The notes: generated from the letters alone by a model not told the origin. A stretch of 64,000 bases of DNA from Chrysomallon squamiferum (GCA_012295275.1 CM022672.1:23374001-23438000); one strand, 5' to 3'. Shown: positions 27,895-41,183, numbered from the stretch's first letter. Program-made: numbers and translations.

Positions 27895-30800
27895 ACGATA
27901 GTTTTCTAATATGTATTTATTTTCTAAGTTTTGGTCTGTTTATTCTCGATATAAATCATTTTATTTTATTGTGGTACAGAATTATTTGATACAGAGGAAA
28001 ATAATTCTACGAATGTTGTCGATAAATTTAGTTATAACTCCGGAATATATTCCACCACTTGTCAGATATTTTTGAATTGTTGTATGTATTTGAACCGGAA
28101 TGCTCGAGGGTTATGGCCTAACTAAAAATAAAGATATAACAAAAAATTGTAAAACTTAGGTAATTGACACAATTTTCTTCTTGGACATTTTATGAGTTTT
28201 GGCCGTCATTAGTTTCTTAACCATTTCTGGATGTGAAAGCCAGTGTATCAGGAAATGAACAGTAACTCGTAAACACAGGCAATTAACATAGATTCCTTCT
28301 GGACAGAGATATCGTCGTCACTGGAAGTTCTTGATCGTGGCTGTAAACTGACTAAACTGTTTCTGGATATTGCTTTATAAATCAGGGCAGCTCTTGGTTC
28401 CCGTCATGACGAGGGCTGCAGTAACCCGTCATTTATCCCAGTCACGGATTGGAACTTCGGATTTTTTCAACAGATGGACGATGTCACGATCCATTTTCTT
28501 TCAATACGAACTTGAAGTACGTCTTGTTGTCGTTATTTTTCTCTGATTAGAGGCTTTCATATATTTTTGTACTCAGTCCTCTTGAAGTTTACGATTCGTT
28601 TTAGGCTGGTTAGTAGTTTAGCCTTCTAGAGCTGCAGAATAAAGTATGGAACAACTACTAAAGTCAAAGGCTACCGTTTTCAATTAGCAGTATATTCAGT
28701 TTTATAGCCAGTTTCTTGTAGATGGCTTTCGTCTTAATAAAAAATAAAAAAATGTAATAATATGACATGTATTTTCTGAATGTTATATATTTTTATCTGC
28801 TTTTAGGAAATTACAAGAAATAAGAAAATGAATAAAATTCCGTAGCATAAATATGAATGACTAAAAAAAAAAAGAAAGAAAGAAAAGAAAAGAAAAGAAC
28901 AATCAATGAAAGCGTAATGTTTAAAGAGAACTTATTTTAGACATTAATTTGAAACAAAAAATCGAAATAAATATTAGAATTAAATAAGTGGAATAGAGCG
29001 CTTAGATCTTTTATCCAAAAAACCCATTAACGTTCAAAGGAGACTTAAAAACTGAATTTAATAAATAAATGTATAAAATAAAATCGACCATAACTCCGTA
29101 TAAAATCGCCAGAAATATATATAAAAAAAAAAAAACCAAAACCGAGTTTTATTATTCCTAATTTTATTAATTTCTCTTTCTTGGTATCACATCATGACTG
29201 GATAAATTCGTCATGATTCTATCCCTTCTCTTTTTCCATACCCTTGATTTTTGCTGGTTTGGGGACGACACCCATCTAATTTCTTTATTTTATTTATACA
29301 CCCAGATAACTAAGTTATAATTTTCCGGTGCTCTCCGTCTCTTTTAATTCCATTGTCTGTGACTATGGCCTAAAGATGTTCCAGGGAAGTCTGACAATTA
29401 TCTTGCACTCGGAACCATTTTTAATTACTGCTGGTGATCCAGGAAGTAACTGTACCTTGTATTTATCGACTTACTCTGTAGACTGTTTGACATTTCTCGT
29501 CTATTGTCGAGGTCCTGTGGCTTCCTACATAATAAAGTTTATAACGACTGTCACTCTATAACAGTTACTTGACATAAATATTTGGATTTGTATTACATCT
29601 AAAAAGTCTGGTCAATAAGTAATTATTCTTCGATCAAATTCCAAATGAGTACTGTAAATAGAAATAGTTATTAAAAGTAATACAATAAATATCAGTATTA
29701 TATGCATTACATGGCTAATCAGTCTTATTTTTAGACAGATAAGAGAATAAAAGACTAAACGAACTGAATACCAGTCCTTGTTATTTCTAGTTAAAGGCGT
29801 ATCTAATATAGAGTTTCTGTTTGCTTGGGCCTGTAGGTGTATGTGTGTCTGTGTTTCTATTTACACGCACGCTTACACACACACACAGACACAGTCTAAA
29901 TGAACGATCCTCCAAAAGGAAATTTAAGCCATAGTAAACAGAGATTATTCGTAACAAAGCCGGCGAATACAATGCAGAATACAATGGCTGAGAGTTATTG
30001 TTCAAGTGTGGAAAATTTAACTGATTCCTGATCTTCAGTTATTCAGTTTTCTTGAAAATTTTATTCTTAGTTTCAATTTTGCTGTATTTTCGATGAACAT
30101 TTTAGTAATAACTATATAACTTCGTTTACAAGATAATGAATGATTAATCTTTATTTTCAAACCGATCCGAAAACGAAAGCTGACACTTCTTCTATAAGTA
30201 ATATATCTAAGTCACGTTCGTCAAAATATAAAAATAAAACGTGTCATTGTGAGTGGGTGCTGCTTGCACCTGGTGATGTCTTCTGTAGATTTCAAAACAC
30301 GAACTGTCTTAATCACTCAGAGTAATTGCTTCCTTTGATACATGGGTGACCGATTTATTCACAGATGGTGAAAGTAAACAAGAAAGTGTGTGATAACATT
30401 ACAATTACTTCCATATCTTGAGTATCACTTCAAAAAGGAATATCAGGTTATAACCTTTTTGTATAATGCATCTATTTGTAAGTAATAAGCTAGAAAAAAT
30501 ATATACAAATGAAATAGACGTGAATTATGACGACTAGTTTGTTTTATTTTGATCATATCTTCAAGGAAAAAGAAAGAAGAAACATAATATGTATTTTAAG
30601 GACAACAACAACTATTACTACTACTACTACTACTTCTACTACTACTATTACTACTACCACTACAACCACCATACCAACACAAGTACAACATTTCTATTAT
30701 TACTACTGTCTCTACTGCTAGGATTACAGTTATTGTTATTTCTGTTGCGACTAACACTATTCCTGAGGCTACTGTTGCTACTAAAACGATAAATTTACAA

Positions 30801-32654
30801 AGAAACAAACCAAATTACATACAAATGAACATCAGTTTACAAAATTAGAGTACTTAGAGTAAGGTTTCGAAATTTGAAACTCGGTGATACACTATCATTA
30901 GATTATTAATAGATTTTTACAATTATTATTTTCTGGAATCTGACCTTTCCTTGTATCGTTTGAAATATCAAATTACAGTCGTATTTCAGTTACGAACCTA
31001 TATGAACATTTTTTCTCATCACCAGTCTCGCCTGTTAATTGAATTGTTTTTATTTAGCTGTTTTAGTGTTCTCTCTTAGTTTGATGTTGTTGTTAACTGT
31101 GTACTAGCATCATTCAAGATTCGTATCTCATTTAAGGCATAAAGTGTATCTTCAACATCGCGCCCAAAAGTCAAATAAAACCACATTGCTCTATATACGT
31201 GTTTCACTCTAACTGGAATCAGCATTTACGAAATGAATTTTCAGTATAAACTAAAGAGTAGAATAAGCGGCTGACGACGTATATTAATTTTGTTTTCACT
31301 TCGGTACTGAAAGAGATATAAACTCGTCTAACGTACACAGATCACCCTAGGCATGCATTAATCTATAGTAGACGTGATCGTATTTCAAATGATTTAATAA
31401 TTTAAAGAAAAAAATCATTTATTCTCAGGGCCTTTTGTATTAAATGAGAGAAAAAACCCACAAAAAACCACGGTAGTGAGAGTACGTTGCACACGGCCAT
31501 TTCAGCTATAGGAACATAAAAGATTAATTCTGCATTAGTCAGGATCATGTTGTTTGAAAGGTTTTTAAGATGTTTACATGTTAACTATTATAACCGAAAG
31601 TTGTTAACATAAATATACATTATTATATAGAAATATGCATACAGCGATATTTTTCATGGATACATGCAGACATAACACGCACGAATATATAATTACGTGT
31701 GTGCGCGTTTACACACAAACACACACACACATATATAATGTGTATATGTGCGTGCATGAGAGTGTGTGTATGTGTGTGTCGCATTAGTGACAGTGTTTTC
31801 TTGCAGCCATTAATAATCATAGATAGAGACTAAAAATAAACTGCACTACCTTACATCTTTCTAAAATAATTTCAATGTCGTTATTACAAATATCTTTCAT
31901 CCACGATTAGTTTTCCTCCTGTAAATTGACTCATTTAAATAGCAGTACTTTTTTTTCAGTAAAGAAAAATACAAATAAAAAATCAGTCATTCACCTTCGT
32001 GTTTTATTTGACCTTTCTGTCATCCTTCATTTGTTCCATAAACATTTCATTCCACTTTGGGTAAACTATTGATCAGCTTCAGAGGCACTGACTCTTATAG
32101 ACTTAAATTCTTTAATTCTCTGGGTTTCATTTCTTTAACAGTTTTTCTTCTAAATGATATCACTATATCACTTACATTTATTTTTGCCATTTCTTGTAAT
32201 GTGTTTGTATTATTAAATCCAACTGCTGTCGTATTTGATGACTTGCAAATTGAAGCACGAACTGTCTAAATCATTAATAGTGAATTAATTCTGTGAATCA
32301 GAGTCCATTTGATAAAAAAGTATACGTTACAGGCGCAGATTGAATGTTTGCATGTTTGTTGGTTTTAATCAGCCACATTCTCTTGTGCATGTTAAACACA
32401 GTCAACCTTTGAATCAATACGTTTTTGGTATTTCACGAGACTCTATCTTTGAAATAAACAGTGTGTTGTTTTCTTTCCCGTTAAGAGATAACAGAGTGCA
32501 TGTTCGAAATGTCAGTTGATTCGTCTTAAAGCATTATAAATGTTTTTAGCCAGCTGAGATTGAAGCATGTTTGCTACTAAGACAAACATTATGTTAAAAA
32601 CAAATACTACTAATAATTTACTGCTGAAAATTCAGGTGTGCATGTGTACAGTGT

Positions 32655-32850
32655 TAGTATGTATGCATGTATAGGGTGTATGCATATATGTATGTATGTA
32701 TGTCTATATGTATGTATGTAAGTATGTATGTATATATGCATGTATGTATGTATGTATGTATATGTATGTGCATGTGCATACGTATGTATGAATAAATGTG
32801 TATGTATGTAAGTATGCATTTATGTATGTATATATGTATGTGTCTCTGTG

Positions 32851-32898
<48 letters not shown>

Positions 32899-33070
32899 TG
32901 TATATGTGTGTGTGTGTGTGTACGTTTGTGTATATATGGGTGAATATGTGTATGTGGAATGTATGTACGCAACCACAACTGCATGAATGCAAATTTATAT
33001 ATATATATATATATATAATGTACATACACACACATACATACATATGCAGTTTTGCATGCATAAATGTGTG
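32655..33070. repeat. Compound (TATG)n/(TA)n/(TG)n microsatellite
   Basis: Visible simple repeats. Confidence 0.9.
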
Positions 33071-34418
33071 TATTTACTAATGTAAAGATTTGTACAGAGA
33101 AAATATATTATATCATTTCTGTAAAGTTAGTCTTAGAGATCCTACTGAAAATATCAATAATTACGCCATGTAACTCTGTAAAGCTCATTAATAATTTAAT
33201 ATATGGAATTATTTCAATGGTTGTATTTTCATGTAATCTGATTACATCTGGTCATCTTGCCATTAATTATCGATGTGATACTGTGCAGCTATGAAACGAT
33301 AATTATCAGCAGCTGTTCAAACGATTTGCACGTAAAAGAGGAGAATCGTAACAATAACGAAAGAGATTTCATAAAGCTGAACGATTTTATAAAAGAACTA
33401 AAGCGAAGGAAGTACAATAAATGAATGATTAATTGTTGTAACCTCAGTTTATGTTAATATTAACAGTCAGTAGGTGGGAATGATATTACTTTTATGTAAT
33501 AATGATACCGAGGAGAACGGAAGTTAGTAATTTTTCAATAGACGCGGATTGAATAGTTCCTCATAAATAGATCTCCCTGCGAGGTATACAAACACTCATG
33601 CAATTAATGTACACAATAGAACATGTTCAGCAAGTGCACTAAATAGTTTTGATCCAGCGACCTGTTAAGCCTGGAGATATTTCACGTGAAGCAATGGTTT
33701 ATGTTCTTCGTGGTGCAGTTTCATTTTCTAAATGTTTGATTTTGTCCACTGACAAGAAACAAACTAAATATTTGCAATGAAAATCAAATTCTGTAATAAA
33801 AAGGAAATTAAGAGCTTCAAGAATCTTCAAGAGGCTTTTGCAATTTGAAATCTCCAGCTATTTTAACTGCAAAGATAGCAGAACTAACGACGAATGTCCA
33901 AAGCTTTCATTCTGGTCGTGACCTCTAGATCACAAAATCTCCGTCATTGACTGGATTTCTTTTCTTTTTTTTCAGAAAGTTTTTCTTTTTGCTTTCTCCA
34001 AGACATTATCTCAGCGATATCTTAAAAAATATCCGCAAGATAATAACCGATTTAACAGAACCAGACAAGTAGAAGTCAAATAAAAAAAAGAGAGACGTAA
34101 TTTGGTTTCTGTAAAGAAATGTTGTCTGCAGTGTCATGATTAAGGCTTTACCAACATCGTTTTGGAAGCACAGATATTTATTGATTAGTATTAGTATCTG
34201 AACTGAATATTTTTGACGTTATTTGTTTCTGAATAATCTGGTATTACTGCTACTATTACTACTACTTCCGTTACTACTGCTACTACTAAAAATAATGATA
34301 TAAATATGAATATGAAAATGAATATGAATATAAATCCTAGTATTTTCTTTTTCTAAAATCAGAAGTCCGTGATACAAAACGAGCATAAGTCTATCTAGTT
34401 ATCTGTCACATATAATCA

Positions 34419-34538
<120 letters not shown>

Positions 34539-35279
34539 ATACACATACTTCTGTCTTTGTTTATAGCATTTAGGCATTTGTAATAAAAAATATATCTTAT
34601 GCTACAGACATCTAATTTCAGATTATTCTCTGTTTTGTTAAATATTGTTTTCTCTTATTTAGACATATTCAAATAAATAAGTAGTAATTTGTGTAAGGAC
34701 ATTTGATAAGTTTTAATGTTTAGTTATATTTTATTAATTATCATGAAGTATATATATATATATATATACGTATATATAATTTTATGGATATAGTGAAATA
34801 CGTACGTGTGTATAAATGTTATGTGTGTGTGTCTATGTGTATATATATGTGTGTGTGTGTGTGTGTGTCTGTGTGTGTGTGTGTGTGTTTGTATGGGTGG
34901 GTATGTATGTATGTATGTATGTATGTATGTATGTATGTATGTATCTAAGCATGTTTGTATGTATATGTGTTTTTATTCCAATGTGTACATGTATATGTGT
35001 ATGTTTCAAACTCAAATAACTGAACTAGGTCGTAATCGCGGAACAGGATCGGAGTTGTGTCGCGGACTTGTTTTTCTCTGACATGATGATGCATTTGACT
35101 GACACTTTGACAGATGATTAAGTTCAGTCATTGATGTGTACTGTATATGTTGAATGTGACTATTCATGCTTCTTTAACTGTTAAGTTTTCATCACAGTTT
35201 CCTGTATTGCACACTCATTATCTTCAGTGACGGTGGTTAATAAGACTCACTGATTGTCTGTAACTTGAGCAAGCGCTCT

Positions 35280-35334
35280 TGACCTAGGTACCAGTTCTTT
35301 CACAACATCGGAATTGTGGCGAACGGTTAACACA
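35280..35334 (-). pseudogene. Decayed fragment of a paralogue/duplicate of the NPY/F-receptor gene (TM2-ECL1)
   Basis: 35280-35300 is identical to 37606-37626 (21 bp), with about 48/55 identity overall to 37606-37660. It translates as PFATIPML*KNWYLGQ versus PFVIIRMLLKNWYLGQ in the intact gene, on the same strand, with an in-frame stop. Confidence 0.8.
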
Positions 35335-36770
35335 CAATATTATATTTCGCAGTTATAATATAATAGAAACTACTTTCATAATGTAATAATTTTAACTTTA
35401 AATAATATTATTTACTATAGTGTAGTTTGTATAACTATTAAGTAAATAACATATATGGATTGCCAAAAAATGTGTTCGTATTTGTAATGGTAAATTTTAG
35501 TTATTTCATGAATAAAATTTATATAAATATGTCCACTCTTTTTTTGGTTTTTATTTTTGGACGGAGGGTTTACAACAGTCTAGAAATATATATGCTAAAT
35601 TAACAGTGTGGAAATATCAACAAAAACAATACTCCAGTAATTCTAAACACATGTACTGCGGAAAATTACTGTTGATATTACGTTTTCGAAAATCATTTAT
35701 TAGTAATGTTGTTTCTACTACAGTGAAACTACACAATATTCTGAATAAAAGAACAAAACAATTACGGCCAGGGAAGACTCCTAATAACATCATACAGTTT
35801 TAGCTTATATTAACGTGAACTGAGAAGCAAGCGACTGATGCACCGAATCATTTACATGTGGCGTTATACACGAGACAGACTCAGCAAATGAGAAAGTACT
35901 GGGATTCCTCAATATCCTTTCACGACTAGAACATGTGAATCACTTTGAAATAGAACAGGAAATTAAATAAATGAAATAAGAATAATTCAGTATTTGATTT
36001 ATGTCGAACAGTGTTGTACAACAATATCTCAAAGCGCATTCATTTCTTGGTGCGTGCATTATGTAATTTTCCGATTGGCTTGCCCCAGCCAATGCGCCTT
36101 TGCTGGTATTTTAAAGCCACATAGGATACATCTGTATTAAATTACCCTAGCTAGCTTGTCAGTAAGAGCTGTTGACAAATATGTGGATGCTTAATTCTCG
36201 CACCTTCCTTATACAATTTTCATAAATCTCGCAACATATTTTTTTTATTATCATTATTATCAGAGAAACCATAAAATAATGTTTCTCTTTATTTATTTAT
36301 TAAAATTATCTTATTAATTTAAATTATTCTTTTATATCACAATGACTTAAAATGACCTCCAACATGCATTCTTATTTATTTTGTAAAACACTCATACTAT
36401 ATTTTAATATAGACTGACACAAATAAACATTTTACAGTAATTTTTCCTACGTTCGTTTGGTTTGGTGTATATGAATGTACTCATAGACATGTCTGCAAGA
36501 TGTGCATACATGTATGTATATATGTAATTTTTTAAGTCATAATGATAACTGAGTTTTTTATGTGTTTTCTGTATCATGAATCTACAGACTATCTTTATAT
36601 GTTTGAAATTTTGCCACAAAAGAATCACCCTTCTATGGATTATGCTTTTCAATATTTCTATAGCCTTGAACAAAGTTTTTATCGCACACAGAAAAAATGA
36701 AAAAAGAAGAAAACAAAAGAATCTTTGACAAACATCTCGATTTTAAAAAGAAACATTAGAATATTTTTAT

Positions 36771-37961
36771 TCACAAAATGTTAGACATATCCCCAGGTTT
36801 GACGATACTCGATCTGGGAAGTACAAGTCTGTTTTCCTTGTGTATGTTCGATGTCATTACAAAAGATTCTGGATTTCTACTCGATCTCATGGTATAATTT
36901 GAGCACTTATGTTTCCTACTAGGCGTGCAGAAATTGCCTAAGTCTTTTCTAAAGTTCGTGTTGAACCAGCCGTATATAACAGGATTTACAAAAACGGATG
37001 TGAAAGCTACCAAGAGACACAGGGCGTGAATGAGAGGAAAGTTTGTGTGTTCGAAAATTCTGTAATTAATATCTGCAATGATGTTGATTAAAGTCAGAGG
37101 AAGCCATGATACAACAAACGCCACCGCCATGCTTGCAAGAAGAAGAACATTTTTCCGATGGCGGCGTAATTTCCGGCGGATACCATTAATGTCTGTTTGT
37201 GTATTTCCTTGAGCATCTATCCTTATTCGAAGAAACTGACATATTCGGATATGTAAAACAATAATGGCAGCCATTGGAGAGAGATATTGTATGAGTAAAA
37301 TAGTTATCGTGTATAAAGTTAACAAAATGTAAGATTCCCATTTTTCGCGGCAAATTGAATATAATATTTCACCATTGAACCCATTTAAGACAGGGTCCAC
37401 CTCGTTTGTTAAAAAAATGGGTAAGGCGACCGCTAAAGAAATCGCCCAGATGGTAGGGATGATAATTCGAACGATGCTGTTGTTTTTGTATCTACTTGAG
37501 GTATACAAAATGGCTTTATACCGGTCCACGGACAAAGCTAAAATAGTCAGTGTAGAAACGAACACGTAGGCTGTCTGAAGAGCTGGAACCAGCTTACACA
37601 TGAACTGACCTAGGTACCAGTTCTTTAACAACATCCGAATGATGACGAAAGGTTTACACAACATGCACGTTAAAATATCAGAAACGGCCAGATTGAAAAT
37701 GTACCAGTTTCTACTCGTCTGGCGTGTCTTCCGCAACAGTATGACAAGACAGACGAGACAGTTGCCAGACAGTCCCAGAACAATCAGGGATGTGAAGCTG
37801 AGAATCAGAGCCAGTTCCGTATTGGTATGAAACCATCTGTCGGATTCACGATATTCCGTAGTCACTTTTATAAAATCTTCTATCGAATAGTTTTTGGATA
37901 ATCCAAGTGATTTTAAATCAAAATTTCCCATTAGCAGGCCGTAATCTGAAATATTTTCCAT
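36771..37961 (-). CDS. Class A (rhodopsin-like) GPCR, neuropeptide Y/F receptor-like, 396 aa, intronless CDS
   Basis: Seven hydrophobic segments with class A motifs: GN (TM1), NLAVSD (TM2), WYLG..C (ECL1/TM3), DRY (146-148), W..S....LP (TM4), CREKW (ECL2), QYLSP (TM5), SWLP (TM6), NPVIY (TM7). NPVIYGWFNTNFRKDL, Q3.32, N6.55 and D6.59 are typical of NPY/NPF receptors. N-glycosylation sequons at N3 and N24. An in-frame TAG lies 15 nt upstream of the ATG, and AATAAA overlaps the TGA stop. Confidence 0.95.
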   Translation of the reverse strand: MENISDYGLLMGNFDLKSLGLSKNYSIEDFIKVTTEYRESDRWFHTNTELALILSFTSLIVLGLSGNCLVCLVILLRKTRQTSRNWYIFNLAVSDILTCMLCKPFVIIRMLLKNWYLGQFMCKLVPALQTAYVFVSTLTILALSVDRYKAILYTSSRYKNNSIVRIIIPTIWAISLAVALPIFLTNEVDPVLNGFNGEILYSICREKWESYILLTLYTITILLIQYLSPMAAIIVLHIRICQFLRIRIDAQGNTQTDINGIRRKLRRHRKNVLLLASMAVAFVVSWLPLTLINIIADINYRIFEHTNFPLIHALCLLVAFTSVFVNPVIYGWFNTNFRKDLGNFCTPSRKHKCSNYTMRSSRNPESFVMTSNIHKENRLVLPRSSIVKPGDMSNIL

Positions 37962-39862
37962 CGCTTGAAGACAAGGCTAAGCTGCAAAGTGCAGTACCTC
38001 AGGACATCGCCATGATGGACATCATGAACAAACAAAACAAGAATGAGGCTGGAATGTACCGCAATTTCAGTCTTTCATAAAGTCATGTTTATATGTTTCA
38101 TAATGTCAATATATAATAATAATTCACATATATAATCTCATGTCATGATGACTTTGCACATATAATCATCCAGCGATGATATTTAACATCATAATGGTTA
38201 CCACATTATATCATGGTGGTTAATACATAATTTGTTATAACGATCTTGCATGGATTGTTGTATTGTTGTGATCTCTCAAACTGTTTTATCCTTTGCAGAT
38301 AGTATCATTCTACACAGCTTTCACATATTTGATCATATTATGGAGATCTTGAATATTTTGTAACAGTTATCCCACACATGAATGTTCAGATTCTTTAGAT
38401 ATTCCACAATTACTCTGGGCTATTAAATATGTATCGCATTTAAAGCTGACCGAACAAACTCTCTTTGCCGTTACGATCAAATTGACTTGAAATCTCTCCT
38501 TTGAATAGTTACAAATACGATAAAAATGTTCCTCTGTTATGAAACGTCTCAAATGGACTTATTATAGATATGTACCAAAATAATTTTTGTTTTCTGTTTT
38601 CTAATGAATCAGATACTGCAGAGAAAGGAAATATGTTTAAAATCATCCATTCAACAACTGATGAGCTGTTTGATAAGAATATTCTTCGGAAAATAAATCA
38701 TCTTTTCTGCGACATTCATTACTAGAATACATAAACAACATCTTCTAACTGAAGAATCATTAGTTACATATTTGAATTGTTTAATATCCACGCATTCTCA
38801 TGATGTATATAACTATACTTATAAACATACAACGTAAAAATTTGGTTTTACAAAATTGCTGATCCATTGTTTTTTATGCTAATATTTCATTTCTCTCCTT
38901 TTTTTTCAGTATATGAATTTATCTTTTCATCGTAAGTATCGAAATATATTCCAAAGGTTTTTTTTTTATATCTGCAACACGAAAGAAGGATTCAAACTTA
39001 TATTTTTTTATTTTTATTCATGACGATTGGTTTCTATTATCGGTTTGAACCAGGAACATACACATTAGTTATTAAAATCAAGACACTTTTGTTCTCATCA
39101 CGACTGAAAAATCCCGCAACGATTTTAGTTATTTGTGCCTCTTCCAGACTTCGCATTTAATAATGAATTACGATCCGAGTCTGAAACGAAAAAAATACTT
39201 TATAAATCGTTAAGTCGTAGTGTTGTAGAAAAAGCCAGACACCACATCAGACAACTGCGAATAGCAGGGAATCCAGTTAACAGAAATAAATTGTCTTTCG
39301 TACATATAAGTTTCACCACTGTCATACCTATTTGCGAACTATATATATATATATAGTTTCTCATCCGAAAATCTTAATCTAAAATCAATGCGCTTGTAAA
39401 TATATATATGAGAAGTATCTTCACAGCTACAGGTTAGTTGACATATTATGTTCTTTCTGCTTCTTCTTTTTTATATCCCCACTGATGCCAGAGGTATTTG
39501 GCTTCAGGAAAAGGTCCAGAATGGCTCTGGGGTTTTGTTTCAACACTAAGTTCTTAAACTGGTTTCCGAGACATAAGCCGCTGTTTCACATGAAAAACGT
39601 GTTCTCTGAAAACCTTTTTGATAACCGGATAGCATTCTCTTCTTTCAGCTTCTGTAATAATAATAATTATTATTATTACAATAACGACAACAACAACAAC
39701 AACAACAACAACAATAATAATAATAATAATAATAATAATATCAGTATTAATAATGATAATATGAAAAACAATGACGAAAATGAATAAGAAGAAAGAAACA
39801 GGAAAACTTGAACAGATAAATCATTAAAAAAAAGTTAATGCAAAAATAAAAGCAGTATTAAC

Positions 39863-39930
39863 AACAATGATAGCGATAACAAAATTACATGAACAATGAT
39901 AGCGATAACAAAACTACACGAACAATAATA
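39863..39930 (+). repeat. 29-bp tandem duplication (about 2.3 units)
   Basis: aacaatgatagcgataacaaaattacatg followed by aacaatgatagcgataacaaaactacacg. Confidence 0.85.
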
Positions 39931-40317
39931 ACAATTGCATTAATGATAATACTGTCACACTACTACTGCTAAGGAAGTAATCGATACAAAAAACTCACTA
40001 ACCAGAGATGATAATGATGATGAAATAATTGCAGTAATATCAGTAATAACAACGATAGCAACAACCGTAGTTTCTGCGACGTTAACAATTACACATAATC
40101 ACTGTGGAATAAAATATCAACATAAACTTTACATTCTACAAAAAAACATATAAAACGTTATGGAGTAAAAAAAAACCACAAACATTACCTTCATTAAAAA
40201 TAGATAAAACAAAAAATAAAAAAAATAAAAATAAAATAAAATAAAGATTAAAACTTAATCCAGGCAAACTGTGATGTTCGTTGATTTGAAACTGTCGCCC
40301 GCATTCACAACACTGTG

Positions 40318-40523
40318 ACTTACATGTTGTTCAGCCTACCAGTATTGATTCACTAATTTGACAATTCCAGATATCAGTTTTGTCTCTGTATTTGTCGGGT
40401 TCCTTTTCTTCCGTTCCTTTATCGTTTTATATGTCTGTTTTTTTCCCAAGCAAATAATACATGCTGAAGTAAAGCTATTACTTTCGCGAGAAAAAAACAG
40501 AAATTCTTTTTTCTGATTGGTCA
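40318..40523 (-). promoter_or_regulatory. Candidate Pol II promoter and non-coding first exon of the GPCR
   Basis: In order on the minus strand: TGACCAATCAG (CCAAT at 40520-40516), TCTCGCGAAA (40491-40482), TATAAAA (40431-40425), then splice donor GTAAGT (40323-40318). Motif evidence only. Confidence 0.4.
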
Positions 40524-40773
40524 TCGTATATTCCTCGCTTTCAAAGCAAATACAGATATCTCGTTTTGCTCGTCGTTTCTTCTGTTTTCTTCCAATAGTT
40601 GCCGTTGTTATTTATTTATTTATTTATTATTATATTTGCGACTATTTTAAAACGGTTGAACCTGGGAAATGTTAAAGAATAATAATACATAGACTACATC
40701 TTTTATATATATAAAACATCTATATAAATACACACACATAAACATACATACATAGATGCCCAGCAAACGCGTA

Positions 40774-40811
<38 letters not shown>

Positions 40812-41147
40812 CATACAAACGCATTCGCACTTCGATAAGTCGTGTTGGAAGGGGTAAGCAAAAATAGTTCATTCATACATACTCATATAGATATAAGCAT
40901 ACACACATACATGCATACATACATACATACAAATACATGCATACATACATACATACTTACAAATACATGCATACATACACACTGTTGTGCATATATGCAT
41001 GCATTACAAACACAATGTTAAAGACGTGTCTTTAAATTTGATTTTATATTAACAGCTGTTTTCTATGAAAATGAATCTGTATAACGAGTTCATTATTCAC
41101 TTTATTGGGAAGCACCCACACACAGATATATATTTTGTCTCATTATA

Positions 41148-41183
<36 letters not shown>

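Noticed and set aside
33664-33684. Plus-strand VKPGDIS resembling the receptor C-terminus VKPGDMS
   Set aside because: Only 7 codons on the opposite strand with no flanking similarity. Such a match is expected by chance in six frames of 64 kb.
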